Assembly (NCBI GenBank): GCA_001783065.1
Contig: MFQN01000018.1
Coordinates: 1 to 51,006, forward strand
Source: Candidatus Magasanikbacteria bacterium RIFCSPLOWO2_12_FULL_43_12
Lineage (GTDB): Bacteria > Patescibacteriota > Patescibacteriia > Magasanikbacterales > UBA922
DNA length: 51,006 nt
Direction of reading: 5' to 3'
A program made the translations under genes and the position numbers. Below are positions 28,685-37,350 of the stretch, one piece after another; positions within the stretch are counted from its first letter, which is position 1, and every line of letters starts with the position of its first letter. The notes beneath the pieces were generated by a model. It saw nothing but the letters and a program-made list of their open reading frames with translations, searched no databases and was not told the DNA's origin.

Positions 28685-29719
28685 TCATTTATACTCAATT
28701 CCGTATCTGATACAAGCGGCGGAAATAATCCGTTTTAAAAGTGTTTCATAATCAATTCCGGCGACACGGGCGGAAAGCGGGAAATACGAGGTCATGGACA
28801 CTTCCGGCGGAATTAATCCGGCCGGAGAATTAATTTCCAAAATATATGGATTGCCTGCGCGGTCGCAACGGGTGTCAACGCGGCAAAAATCGCACAACTG
28901 CAGAACTTCCCACGCTTGTAAACAAATTCTTTTAATTTTTTCTTCCAAATCAGAGCTGATTTTAGCCGGACAAATAAAATTCGCGCCACCGCTGGCTTCC
29001 TCAATAATCCACTTGACATCTAAAGAATCTATTGGCCTCAATCCTGGCGGTAAAGTGGAATGATCGGACTCGATAATCGGTAAAACTTCCGGCGGATCAT
29101 TGCCCAGAATTGGCACGGAAAATTCCCTGCCGTCTAAAAACGGCTCCACCAGCGCTTTTTGTTTAAAATTACTTATCACAAATTTCAACCGCCGGCGCAA
29201 ACCATTCTCATCTTCAACCACGCTATCATTGGTAATACCGGCTGATGAACCTTGTGAATTCGGCTTTACGATCAAAGGATATTTTAATTCTGAATTCAAC
29301 TCTTCATTTCCGGTTAAAAAGACTTGGTGCGGCAAAACCGGCACACCATGAGATCGTAAAACATCTTTGGCAATCGCTTTATCTAAAACCAGAGCTTCGG
29401 TTAAAGGCGAACCGCCGGTGTAAGGAATTTTCAACATTTCCAGCATCGCCGGAATATGACACTCGCGATCACGACCATGCAATCCCTCCGCGAAATTAAA
29501 AACCAAATCAATTTTGTCTTTGTTTTCGTATAATCGCAAATATGCTTCTTCATTCGCTTCAATCGGCAAAACTTCCAAACCTAAATTTTTAAAATGCTTA
29601 ATCATCCATTCAATCGTCGCCGGATCGTCAAAATCAGTATCAAGCTGAATCCTCTTTTCATTTGGGTCCGGATAATTATGCCTAACATTGTAAAGAAAGG
29701 CGATTTTATTCAGCGGCAT
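28685..29719 (-). CDS. D-Ala-D-Ala ligase-like ATP-grasp protein 2
   Basis: FNFAEG...PAMLEMLKIPYTG, YPLIVKPNSQGSSAGI, GREFSV, RVDTR, LEINS. Confidence 0.85.
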   Translation of the reverse strand: MPLNKIAFLYNVRHNYPDPNEKRIQLDTDFDDPATIEWMIKHFKNLGLEVLPIEANEEAYLRLYENKDKIDLVFNFAEGLHGRDRECHIPAMLEMLKIPYTGGSPLTEALVLDKAIAKDVLRSHGVPVLPHQVFLTGNEELNSELKYPLIVKPNSQGSSAGITNDSVVEDENGLRRRLKFVISNFKQKALVEPFLDGREFSVPILGNDPPEVLPIIESDHSTLPPGLRPIDSLDVKWIIEEASGGANFICPAKISSDLEEKIKRICLQAWEVLQLCDFCRVDTRCDRAGNPYILEINSPAGLIPPEVSMTSYFPLSARVAGIDYETLLKRIISAACIRYGIEYK

Positions 29720-30740
29720 ATTCATTGGCGGTAAACGGCAAACGTTCCTTGCCTTGAGCATCGCGCATTGTATTTAAAAGCAATCGTTTTAAAATTTCCG
29801 TAAAATCAATTCCGTATAAGCCTAAAATATTGGCAATCGCGCAATCAAGCTCTTTCGGACCAAACGCCGGGTTGGAATTACTGTCAATAAAATAATAGCG
29901 GTTTGACTGATCAACGCGGATATCAAATTTGCCGTAATCAGACATCCGCGAAACGTCAAAAGCGCGTTTTACGTATTCAGACAAAACCGGATCCTGATAT
30001 TTTTCATAATGGAAGCTGTTGAATCCCTCTGTCCACTGATCATCAAAAGTGGCAAAAACGTATTTCTCATCTTGAGCGTGAAAAACTTTCTCCGCAGTAT
30101 ATACTTTTTTGTTTAATCCTTCCAAAAGCATAGCCGTCACTTCCCGACCCACGATAAACTCTTCCACCAACACCGGTTGTTTGTAGGTGCTGATTAAAAA
30201 TTTCAAACGCTCGCGTAAATGCTTCTCATTTTCCGACACCGCGTCTTTGGTAATTTCCACCGCGCCATGAATTTCGTTCAACTTGCTGATTAATGGAAAA
30301 CGCAATTTATAATCAAGCGGCGCGTTAAACGAAGATATCAGCTGAAATCTTGGTACCGGCACGCCATGGCTTTGCAAAAGTTCTTTAACTAAAAATTTAT
30401 TATAGACTAATGATTCGCCTAAAATTCCCGCTCCGGTATATGGCACATCCATTGATTCCAGCAAACCGGGAATCATGGAAGATAAATACTCCTGCCCGTG
30501 GATTGAGCCTACTAAATTGATTACCAAGTCCGGCTTATCCCGCAACAAATCAGCAACCAAAACCGGATTACCCGGATAATAATAAACTTTGATACCCATC
30601 CGATCTAAATAACCGCCTATCACTTCCGCGTCATGTTTGGCGTCTTTTTCGGTTAAATATTGCGCCTCTGTCGGGAAATACTCTCTTTTAACCTCGCTAT
30701 AAATAATCGCTACTGATTGCGGCAAACCCTCTTTGTCCAT
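29706..30740 (-). CDS. Divergent D-Ala-D-Ala ligase-like ATP-grasp protein 1
   Basis: LESMDVPYTGAG, FPLISKLN, LVEEFIVGREVT, KFDIR, FIDSNSNP. Confidence 0.8.
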   Translation of the reverse strand: MDKEGLPQSVAIIYSEVKREYFPTEAQYLTEKDAKHDAEVIGGYLDRMGIKVYYYPGNPVLVADLLRDKPDLVINLVGSIHGQEYLSSMIPGLLESMDVPYTGAGILGESLVYNKFLVKELLQSHGVPVPRFQLISSFNAPLDYKLRFPLISKLNEIHGAVEITKDAVSENEKHLRERLKFLISTYKQPVLVEEFIVGREVTAMLLEGLNKKVYTAEKVFHAQDEKYVFATFDDQWTEGFNSFHYEKYQDPVLSEYVKRAFDVSRMSDYGKFDIRVDQSNRYYFIDSNSNPAFGPKELDCAIANILGLYGIDFTEILKRLLLNTMRDAQGKERLPFTANEYAAE

Positions 30741-30938
30741 AAAATCATTCAAATAAAATAACCCAAAAAGCACTTCCTTGTCTTTTTGGGTTTATAATTT
30801 TTTTTAAATTGTTTTCAGGAAAAGGATCCTCGCTGTCAGACCGCTCAAGGTCCATAATTTTATTATAACGAAAATGGCATGAAAACCACCTATATTTTAT
30901 CACTCTAAAATTACCTGTCAACAAAATTAACCACCAAC

Positions 30939-33902
30939 CTACCGCTTTATCCACAGTTTAACTTTTTGACCACCCAAATCAACTTCGTCTCCAACTCCTT
31001 CACCATCAGACAAATTATCAGCCAATACACCCCTCTTGATTTCTTCGGCAAATTCAACAAAAACTTGCTTCAACATCTCGTCATCAGTCTGATACCCCAC
31101 CGCCACCCTGTCCTGAATCGTCAACTTCTGTTCTTTCCGCATCTGGTTAACAGCTCTCACAACTTCCCTCAACAAACCCTCTCTTTTTAATTCATCGGTA
31201 ATTTTAATATGCAACGCAACTTTCAAATCCCCATCTTCTTTTGAAATCACACTATCTCCACCTATCTCCTTATCTCCATCTATCTCAACACTCTTCACAT
31301 TCAACTCCTCGGCAATAATCTGTGCTAATTCATCTTGTAACTTGCAGCCCATAACTCGTAACTTGGACAGCGGCTGACGAACTCTGACCCCAGCTTCCGC
31401 CCGCAATGCCAGCCCAATCTCCACCACTTTTCTTGCTTTCTCCATGTCTTGCAATAATTGAACATCTTCCGCGGTAATACCTGCCGGCACAGGCCAACTC
31501 TCTAAATGCACGCTCTCTACCTCGCGCCCTACACCATCCGCCCTATGTCCTATGTCCTGATAAATCTTCTCCGCCATAAACGGCATAAACGGCGCAATTA
31601 TTTTTGACAGAGTAAAAAGTACAAAATATAAAGTAGAAAGCGCCTGTTCTTTGTCAGCCAAATCAGTACCTTTAAACCTATCGCGCGAACGGCGCAAATA
31701 CCAAGTGGAAAGATCATCAATAAAATCCTTAATCGGCCGGCCGGCTCGCACCGTATCATATTTATCCAAATTCTCCGTCACCTCGCCAACCAACTGCTCA
31801 AGCCTCGCCATTATCCACTTGTCTAACACATTCTCGGACTTTATGACTTTATGGACTTTGTGACTCTCGTTGACATACATCCGATAAAACTCCACCACAT
31901 TCCACAGCATATTAACCACCTTGTTGTACACATCGCGAACTTCGCGGTCGTTAAAATACAAATCATCAGCCTGCATCACCACCGAAGTCATCAAATAATA
32001 ACGCAAAGCGTCAACGCCGTATTGTTCAATAATCACCCATGGGTCAGTGTAATTAAGTTTAGATTTGGAAAGTTTCTCGCCTTTTTCATTCAAAATCGTG
32101 CCGGTGCAGACCACATTTTCAAAACTAATATTACCAAACAACAATGTCGCCATGACATGCATATAATAAAACCAAGCGCGCGTTTGGGCAATGTATTCGC
32201 CGATGTACTGGCCGGGAAAACGTTTTTCAAATACCGCCTTATTCTCAAACGGATAGTGCCATTCGGCAAAAGGCATTGAAGCTGATTCAACCCAGCAATC
32301 AATCACTTCAGGTGTCCGGCTCATCTCTCCGCCGCACTTGTCGCATTTTAATTTAATTTTATCCATCAAATGCTTGTGTAAATCCATCTCTTCAACTTTT
32401 TTACCACCATATACTTCCTCAAAATTAACCGCTATTTTTTTCAACTCCTCAACACTCCCCACACAAACAACCTTGCCACACCCCTCACCATCACACCGCC
32501 AAAACGGCAACGGCGTGGCCCAATAACGATTGCGTGAAATATTCCAATCCGGCGCGGTTTCCAAAATGTTTAAAAATCTGCCGTGTTTCAAATGCTCCGG
32601 AAACCAATTTATTTTTTCATTTAATTTAATTAAGCGCTTTTTGATTTTTTGAATATCAATAAACCACGCGGAAATCGCATTATAAAATAATTGCGTGCCG
32701 CAACGCCAGCAATGCGGATAGGAATGAGTGTGGTTTTCCCGCGCGAACAACAAACCGCGATTTTCCAAATCCTCTTTAATTAATTTCTCCGATTTCTTGA
32801 AATACTGACCGCGAATCAATTCCGGCGCGAATTCATTAAAATGGCCGGCATCATTCAAAAGCGGTACTACCGGCAAACCAATTTTTAATCCTAAATTATA
32901 ATCGTCCTCGCCGTAGACTACAGCAGTATGCACCACGCCAGTACCTTCTTCAGTAGTAACAAAATCCGCTGCCGTAACATACCACGCCTTTTTGCCAGTC
33001 TCCCGAATCGCCGGAATATCAAATAACGGCTCATACTCCAAACCAACCAAATCAGAGCCTTTCATTCTATCCCTTATCTCATATCTCTTATCTCTCATTA
33101 CGGTCTCAACTCTATCTTTAGCCAAAATCAAATTCTCACCATCAACTTCCACCAAAACATAATCAATATCTTCCCCAACTGCCAACGCCACATTACCGGG
33201 CAATGTCCACGGCGTCGTCGTCCAAGCTAAAATATAAACCGGTTTATCGTTCGGAATTGAAAATTGAAAATTGAAAATTGAAAATTTCACCACTACCGCT
33301 TCTTCCGTAATATCTTTATAACTATCATCCATCGCCACTTCGGCTTTTGACACCGGCGTTTCGCAATGCGGACAATACATCAAGACTTTTCGACCTTCAT
33401 AGATCAAACCTTTATTCCAGATTGTTTTCAAAGCCCACCAGACTGATTCCATATACGTGGAATCCATGGTCTTGTAGGAATTATCAAACTCCACCCAGCG
33501 GCCAATACGGTCTACCATTTTTTTCCACTCTTTTGTGTATAACAAAACTTTTGATCGACAGGTATCATTAAATTTTTCCACTCCTAACTTTTCTTCAATC
33601 TGTTTCTTTCCGGAAACCTCCAATTCTTTTTCCACCAAGTTTTCAATCGGCAAGCCGTGGCAATCCCAGCCCCAACGCCGGCGTACGCGATAGCCTTTCA
33701 TAGTTTGATAGCGCGGAATAAGATCTTTAATTACTGAACCCAAAATATGCCCGTAATGCGGCAGACCGGTGGCGAATGGCGGGCCGTCATAAAAAACATA
33801 CGGTTTTTTTTCAGAACGTTCAGAAACGGATCTTTCAAAAATCTTGTTATCTTGCCAGAATTTAAGAATTTCCAGCTCGTTTTTATTTGCGTCGTATGGC
33901 AT
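30939..33902 (-). CDS. ileS: Isoleucine--tRNA ligase (type 2 / eukaryote-like) with several repeat-derived insertions
   Basis: DGPPFATGLPHYGH, GWDCHGLP, WTTTPWTLP, DWNISRNRYW, KLSKS. Confidence 0.96.
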   Translation of the reverse strand: MPYDANKNELEILKFWQDNKIFERSVSERSEKKPYVFYDGPPFATGLPHYGHILGSVIKDLIPRYQTMKGYRVRRRWGWDCHGLPIENLVEKELEVSGKKQIEEKLGVEKFNDTCRSKVLLYTKEWKKMVDRIGRWVEFDNSYKTMDSTYMESVWWALKTIWNKGLIYEGRKVLMYCPHCETPVSKAEVAMDDSYKDITEEAVVVKFSIFNFQFSIPNDKPVYILAWTTTPWTLPGNVALAVGEDIDYVLVEVDGENLILAKDRVETVMRDKRYEIRDRMKGSDLVGLEYEPLFDIPAIRETGKKAWYVTAADFVTTEEGTGVVHTAVVYGEDDYNLGLKIGLPVVPLLNDAGHFNEFAPELIRGQYFKKSEKLIKEDLENRGLLFARENHTHSYPHCWRCGTQLFYNAISAWFIDIQKIKKRLIKLNEKINWFPEHLKHGRFLNILETAPDWNISRNRYWATPLPFWRCDGEGCGKVVCVGSVEELKKIAVNFEEVYGGKKVEEMDLHKHLMDKIKLKCDKCGGEMSRTPEVIDCWVESASMPFAEWHYPFENKAVFEKRFPGQYIGEYIAQTRAWFYYMHVMATLLFGNISFENVVCTGTILNEKGEKLSKSKLNYTDPWVIIEQYGVDALRYYLMTSVVMQADDLYFNDREVRDVYNKVVNMLWNVVEFYRMYVNESHKVHKVIKSENVLDKWIMARLEQLVGEVTENLDKYDTVRAGRPIKDFIDDLSTWYLRRSRDRFKGTDLADKEQALSTLYFVLFTLSKIIAPFMPFMAEKIYQDIGHRADGVGREVESVHLESWPVPAGITAEDVQLLQDMEKARKVVEIGLALRAEAGVRVRQPLSKLRVMGCKLQDELAQIIAEELNVKSVEIDGDKEIGGDSVISKEDGDLKVALHIKITDELKREGLLREVVRAVNQMRKEQKLTIQDRVAVGYQTDDEMLKQVFVEFAEEIKRGVLADNLSDGEGVGDEVDLGGQKVKLWIKR

Positions 33903-34058
33903 ATGAATTTCACTTCATCACTGCATCACCCCATCACAAGATCACAGCGATAATACCAAAATATCACAAAACCCCCCTGTCTGTCAAACCAAAATCCACC
34001 TATCGCCAGGCGGATCTGTGATTTGTGTGCCTGTTTAATTTGTGTCGCCGAATCTGTT

Positions 34059-34913
34059 TTATTTAATCCCCAACGTCACCGATACATGCATTTCCACATC
34101 CATGCTTCCCGCTTCTATCGTCGGCGCCGAACCGCCTCCCATTCCAAACTCATCCATTGATTTATAATACACGCCTTTGCCATCCGCTTCATATTCGCTG
34201 TAAGAAACCACGCTGGTAACTCTCACCCCCAGCATCTGTGATAAAGCGCGCGCTTTCTCCGCGACCTTCTCCAACGCTTTCTGCCGCGCCTCTGCTATGT
34301 ACACATCATTATCATCAATCGTAAAGCTCAACCCGCCGACATTGTTTAACCCTAATTCACCTGCCAGACCCAAAACCTTGTCAGCATTTTTTAAATCTCT
34401 AATCTTAATTTGAACACTCTGTGATACGCTGTATCCAACCAAAGTGCTGGAACCATCTTTATAATCATACTCCGGATAAATACTGTAATTCGTAGTCTGA
34501 ATGTCATCGCCAGCGATACTCAAATCTTTCAACTTGGCAATCAACTTATTCATCGCCTCGGTATTTTTTTGTTGCGCCTCAAGCACGGTCTTTGCTTTGG
34601 CGGTCATACCCATGGTGGTCATCGCAATGTCTGGCTTAGCCGTAACTTTCCCTTCCGCTTCAATCATAATTGTCCGTTCCATCTTGTCAGAATAGCCAAT
34701 TACATCGTATTTGGCTAAATTGTTCCGAATAATTGTTCCAACCAGCACGATAATATATACTAACAAAATTCCCAGCAACGTTACCAAAATCTTTTTGGGA
34801 AAGCAATCAAGACCGCTGTGTTTCCCGCCGCAGCATTTGTGTTCATGATGAATAAATCCTTGCGGCGGCTCTTCTTTTGGGCGACCGCCATTGCCGTTTG
34901 TCTTGACAGGCAT
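34059..34913 (-). CDS. SIMPL domain (DUF541) protein
   Basis: TM anchor, then EGKVTAKPDIA, IQTTNYSIYPEYDY, ARQKA, IEAGS. Confidence 0.85.
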   Translation of the reverse strand: MPVKTNGNGGRPKEEPPQGFIHHEHKCCGGKHSGLDCFPKKILVTLLGILLVYIIVLVGTIIRNNLAKYDVIGYSDKMERTIMIEAEGKVTAKPDIAMTTMGMTAKAKTVLEAQQKNTEAMNKLIAKLKDLSIAGDDIQTTNYSIYPEYDYKDGSSTLVGYSVSQSVQIKIRDLKNADKVLGLAGELGLNNVGGLSFTIDDNDVYIAEARQKALEKVAEKARALSQMLGVRVTSVVSYSEYEADGKGVYYKSMDEFGMGGGSAPTIEAGSMDVEMHVSVTLGIK

Positions 34914-35008
34914 AAAAAATAAATTAAAAATAAAAATTCAAAAATCAAAAATTTTGATATTTACAATTTACATTTTAAATTATACACCAAAACTAACAAA
35001 AAATAAAT

Positions 35009-36205
35009 TCATCTTGTCAAGACCTTGACACCGGGCAAACTCTTTCCTGCCAAAAACTCCAGCATCGCGCCGCCGCCGGTGGAGACGAGGTCAATAAACT
35101 CCATCATTTTCACTTTTTCCATTGCCTGTAAAGTCTCGCCGCCGCCGATAATGCCAAATGCTTTGCCTTTAGAGCGTGAAGCCACTAAACGCGCGATGGA
35201 AAGCGTGCCAACATCGTAGGGTTTTTGTTCAAAATACCCCATCGCGCCATTCCAGACGATTGTTTGCGCTTTCTTGATATATTGAGCATACAATCTAATC
35301 GTCCTAGGCCCTATGTCATACACCCCCTCTAAACTTTTAATCTTAAACTCTGAACCAACTACTACCACCCTGGCTTTGTTACCAGCTCCGTCCCCCACCA
35401 CCACATCTACCGGTAAAATTACTTTTTTATTTTTTAATAATTTCAACGCTTCTTTTTTATATTTTTTATCAACCAAAGACTTCCCCACTTTGTAACCTTT
35501 CGCCAACAAATAGGTGTTGAACAGACCGCCGCCGATTAAAACATAATCAGCTTTGGACAGTAAATTTTTTAGAACCGGCAATTTTGTTTCCATCTTCGCC
35601 CCGCCCAAAACCAACACGAACGGTTTCTTTGGCTTCTCAATCGCTTTTGACAGGCCGATAATTTCTTTTTCCAACAGCAAACCAGCATACGCTGGAATGT
35701 ATTTTGCCAGGCCTGAAACGGATGGCGAATCCCTGTGTGCTACCGCAAAACCATCAAGAACAAAATAGTCAGCCAAACCTGCCAACTCTTTCGCAAATTT
35801 CTTATCATTTTCTCTCTCGCCTTCAAAAAATCTAATATTTTCCAACATCAATACTCGCCCGCCCTTCATTTTATCAATTTCTTCTCTCATCTTCTCAAAA
35901 TAATTTGAAAATTTAGAAATTGAAAATTGTTTGAAAATTGAAAATTGAAAATTGAAAATTTCTTGCAATCTTCCCGCCACCAGCGCCAAACTCAATTTTT
36001 TATCATAACCCTCCGGCCTGCCCAAATGCGAAACCAAAATTACTTTCGCGCCTTTTTTCATTAAATACGCAATCGTCGGAATTGACGCTAAAATCCGCGA
36101 GTCATCAATAACTTTTCCCTTGTCAGTCGGCACATTAAAATCCACCCGCGCCATTACTCGCTTGCCGGATAAATTTTTTAACTGTTTAACACTCCTAACT
36201 TTCAT
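35009..36205 (-). CDS. pgk: Phosphoglycerate kinase (start at MKVRSVK)
   Basis: RVDFNVP, SHLGRP, LENIRF, GGAK, WNGAMG, STGGGAMLEFL. Confidence 0.97.
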   Translation of the reverse strand: MKVRSVKQLKNLSGKRVMARVDFNVPTDKGKVIDDSRILASIPTIAYLMKKGAKVILVSHLGRPEGYDKKLSLALVAGRLQEIFNFQFSIFKQFSISKFSNYFEKMREEIDKMKGGRVLMLENIRFFEGERENDKKFAKELAGLADYFVLDGFAVAHRDSPSVSGLAKYIPAYAGLLLEKEIIGLSKAIEKPKKPFVLVLGGAKMETKLPVLKNLLSKADYVLIGGGLFNTYLLAKGYKVGKSLVDKKYKKEALKLLKNKKVILPVDVVVGDGAGNKARVVVVGSEFKIKSLEGVYDIGPRTIRLYAQYIKKAQTIVWNGAMGYFEQKPYDVGTLSIARLVASRSKGKAFGIIGGGETLQAMEKVKMMEFIDLVSTGGGAMLEFLAGKSLPGVKVLTR

Positions 36206-36242
36206 AATCACAAACTTTAAAGACCTTATAGACTTTTTGACT

Positions 36243-37244
36243 TTAAAGACTATACAATTGCGCCATCTCCACCAATCGATTCGCGTACCCGACCTCATTA
36301 TCATACCATGCCACGACTTTGATGAGATTGCCGCCGACGACATTGGTTAGGGGCAGATCAACAATTGACGAGTAAGTGTTTCCGACATAGTCAGCTGATA
36401 CCAACGGCTCATTGGTGCAGAATAAAATTCCTTCAAATCTTTTGGTTTTGGAAGCGTCAATTAACGCCTGATTCACATCTTCTTTTGTGGTATTTTTTTT
36501 CAAAACAATCGTCAAATCAGAAAGCGAGCAGGTAGGCACCGGCACGCGAAAAGCCACGCCGTCAAAAATGCCTTTCAAATTCATAACCACTTCCGCGACT
36601 GCTTTTGCCGCTCCAGTGGAAGTTGGGACGATATTTTCCGCGGCCGCGCGCGCGCGGCGCAAGTCCTTGTGCGGGCCGTCCTGCAAATTCTGGTCTGATG
36701 TGTACCCATGCACAGTACTCATCATTGCTTTTTCAATGCCGAATTTTTCATCCAAAACCGCCATCACCGGCGCGATGCAGTTTGTGGTGCAGGAGGCGTT
36801 GTTGATCACACAAGAAGTTTCTTTACCGACTTTTCCGCAATTTACCCCCCGCACATAAGTTGGAACGCCCCCGCCTTTTGCTGGTGCGGATAAGATAACT
36901 TTCTTGGCGCCGGCTTTGAGGTGTAAAGACGCATCTTCTTTTCTCGTAAAACGGCCGGTGCTTTCTATCACCACATCAACTTTTAATTTTTTCCACGGCA
37001 ACATCTCCGGATCTTTTTCCGCGAACACCGGAATCTTTTTATTTTTTACAATCAAATTTTTTTCATCAAAACCAACTTGATTTTTATACTTGCCATAAGC
37101 CGTGTCATGCTGTAAAAGATGCGCCAGAGTTTTGGTGTCAGTCAGATCATTGACCGCGACGATTTTAATATTTTTGTTTTCAAAAGCGACTTTGAAAACT
37201 TGTCTGCCTATTCTTCCAAACCCATTTATAGCGAGATTTATCAT
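36243..37244 (-). CDS. gap: Glyceraldehyde-3-phosphate dehydrogenase type I
   Basis: INGFGRIGR, NASCTTNC, TSTGAAKAV, WYDNE. Confidence 0.99.
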   Translation of the reverse strand: MINLAINGFGRIGRQVFKVAFENKNIKIVAVNDLTDTKTLAHLLQHDTAYGKYKNQVGFDEKNLIVKNKKIPVFAEKDPEMLPWKKLKVDVVIESTGRFTRKEDASLHLKAGAKKVILSAPAKGGGVPTYVRGVNCGKVGKETSCVINNASCTTNCIAPVMAVLDEKFGIEKAMMSTVHGYTSDQNLQDGPHKDLRRARAAAENIVPTSTGAAKAVAEVVMNLKGIFDGVAFRVPVPTCSLSDLTIVLKKNTTKEDVNQALIDASKTKRFEGILFCTNEPLVSADYVGNTYSSIVDLPLTNVVGGNLIKVVAWYDNEVGYANRLVEMAQLYSL

Positions 37245-37305
37245 ATTTTAAAATTAATTGTTATTGTTAACTGACAGTATTATACAAAAAACCAGCCAAA
37301 ATGAC

Positions 37306-37330
37306 AAACCCCGAGCTAATTCGGGGTTTG
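37306..37330 (-). terminator. Terminator after the giant surface protein gene
   Basis: AAACCCCGA-GCTAAT-TCGGGGTTT. Confidence 0.7.
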
Positions 37331-37350
37331 TTTTAACTATTAGCTGCCAA

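Noticed and set aside
27703-30740. Pyrrolysine biosynthesis (PylB/PylC) or EF-P beta-lysylation (EpmB)
   Set aside because: The radical SAM protein has KamA/PLP motifs rather than PylB features; no pylD, pylS, pylT, epmA or efp is adjacent.
36206-36343. N-terminal extensions of pgk (and similarly rpsL, eno, kamA, the kinase and both ligases) in the ORF track
   Set aside because: They overlap upstream genes, promoters or repeat tracts; downstream ATGs better fit the expected family N-termini.
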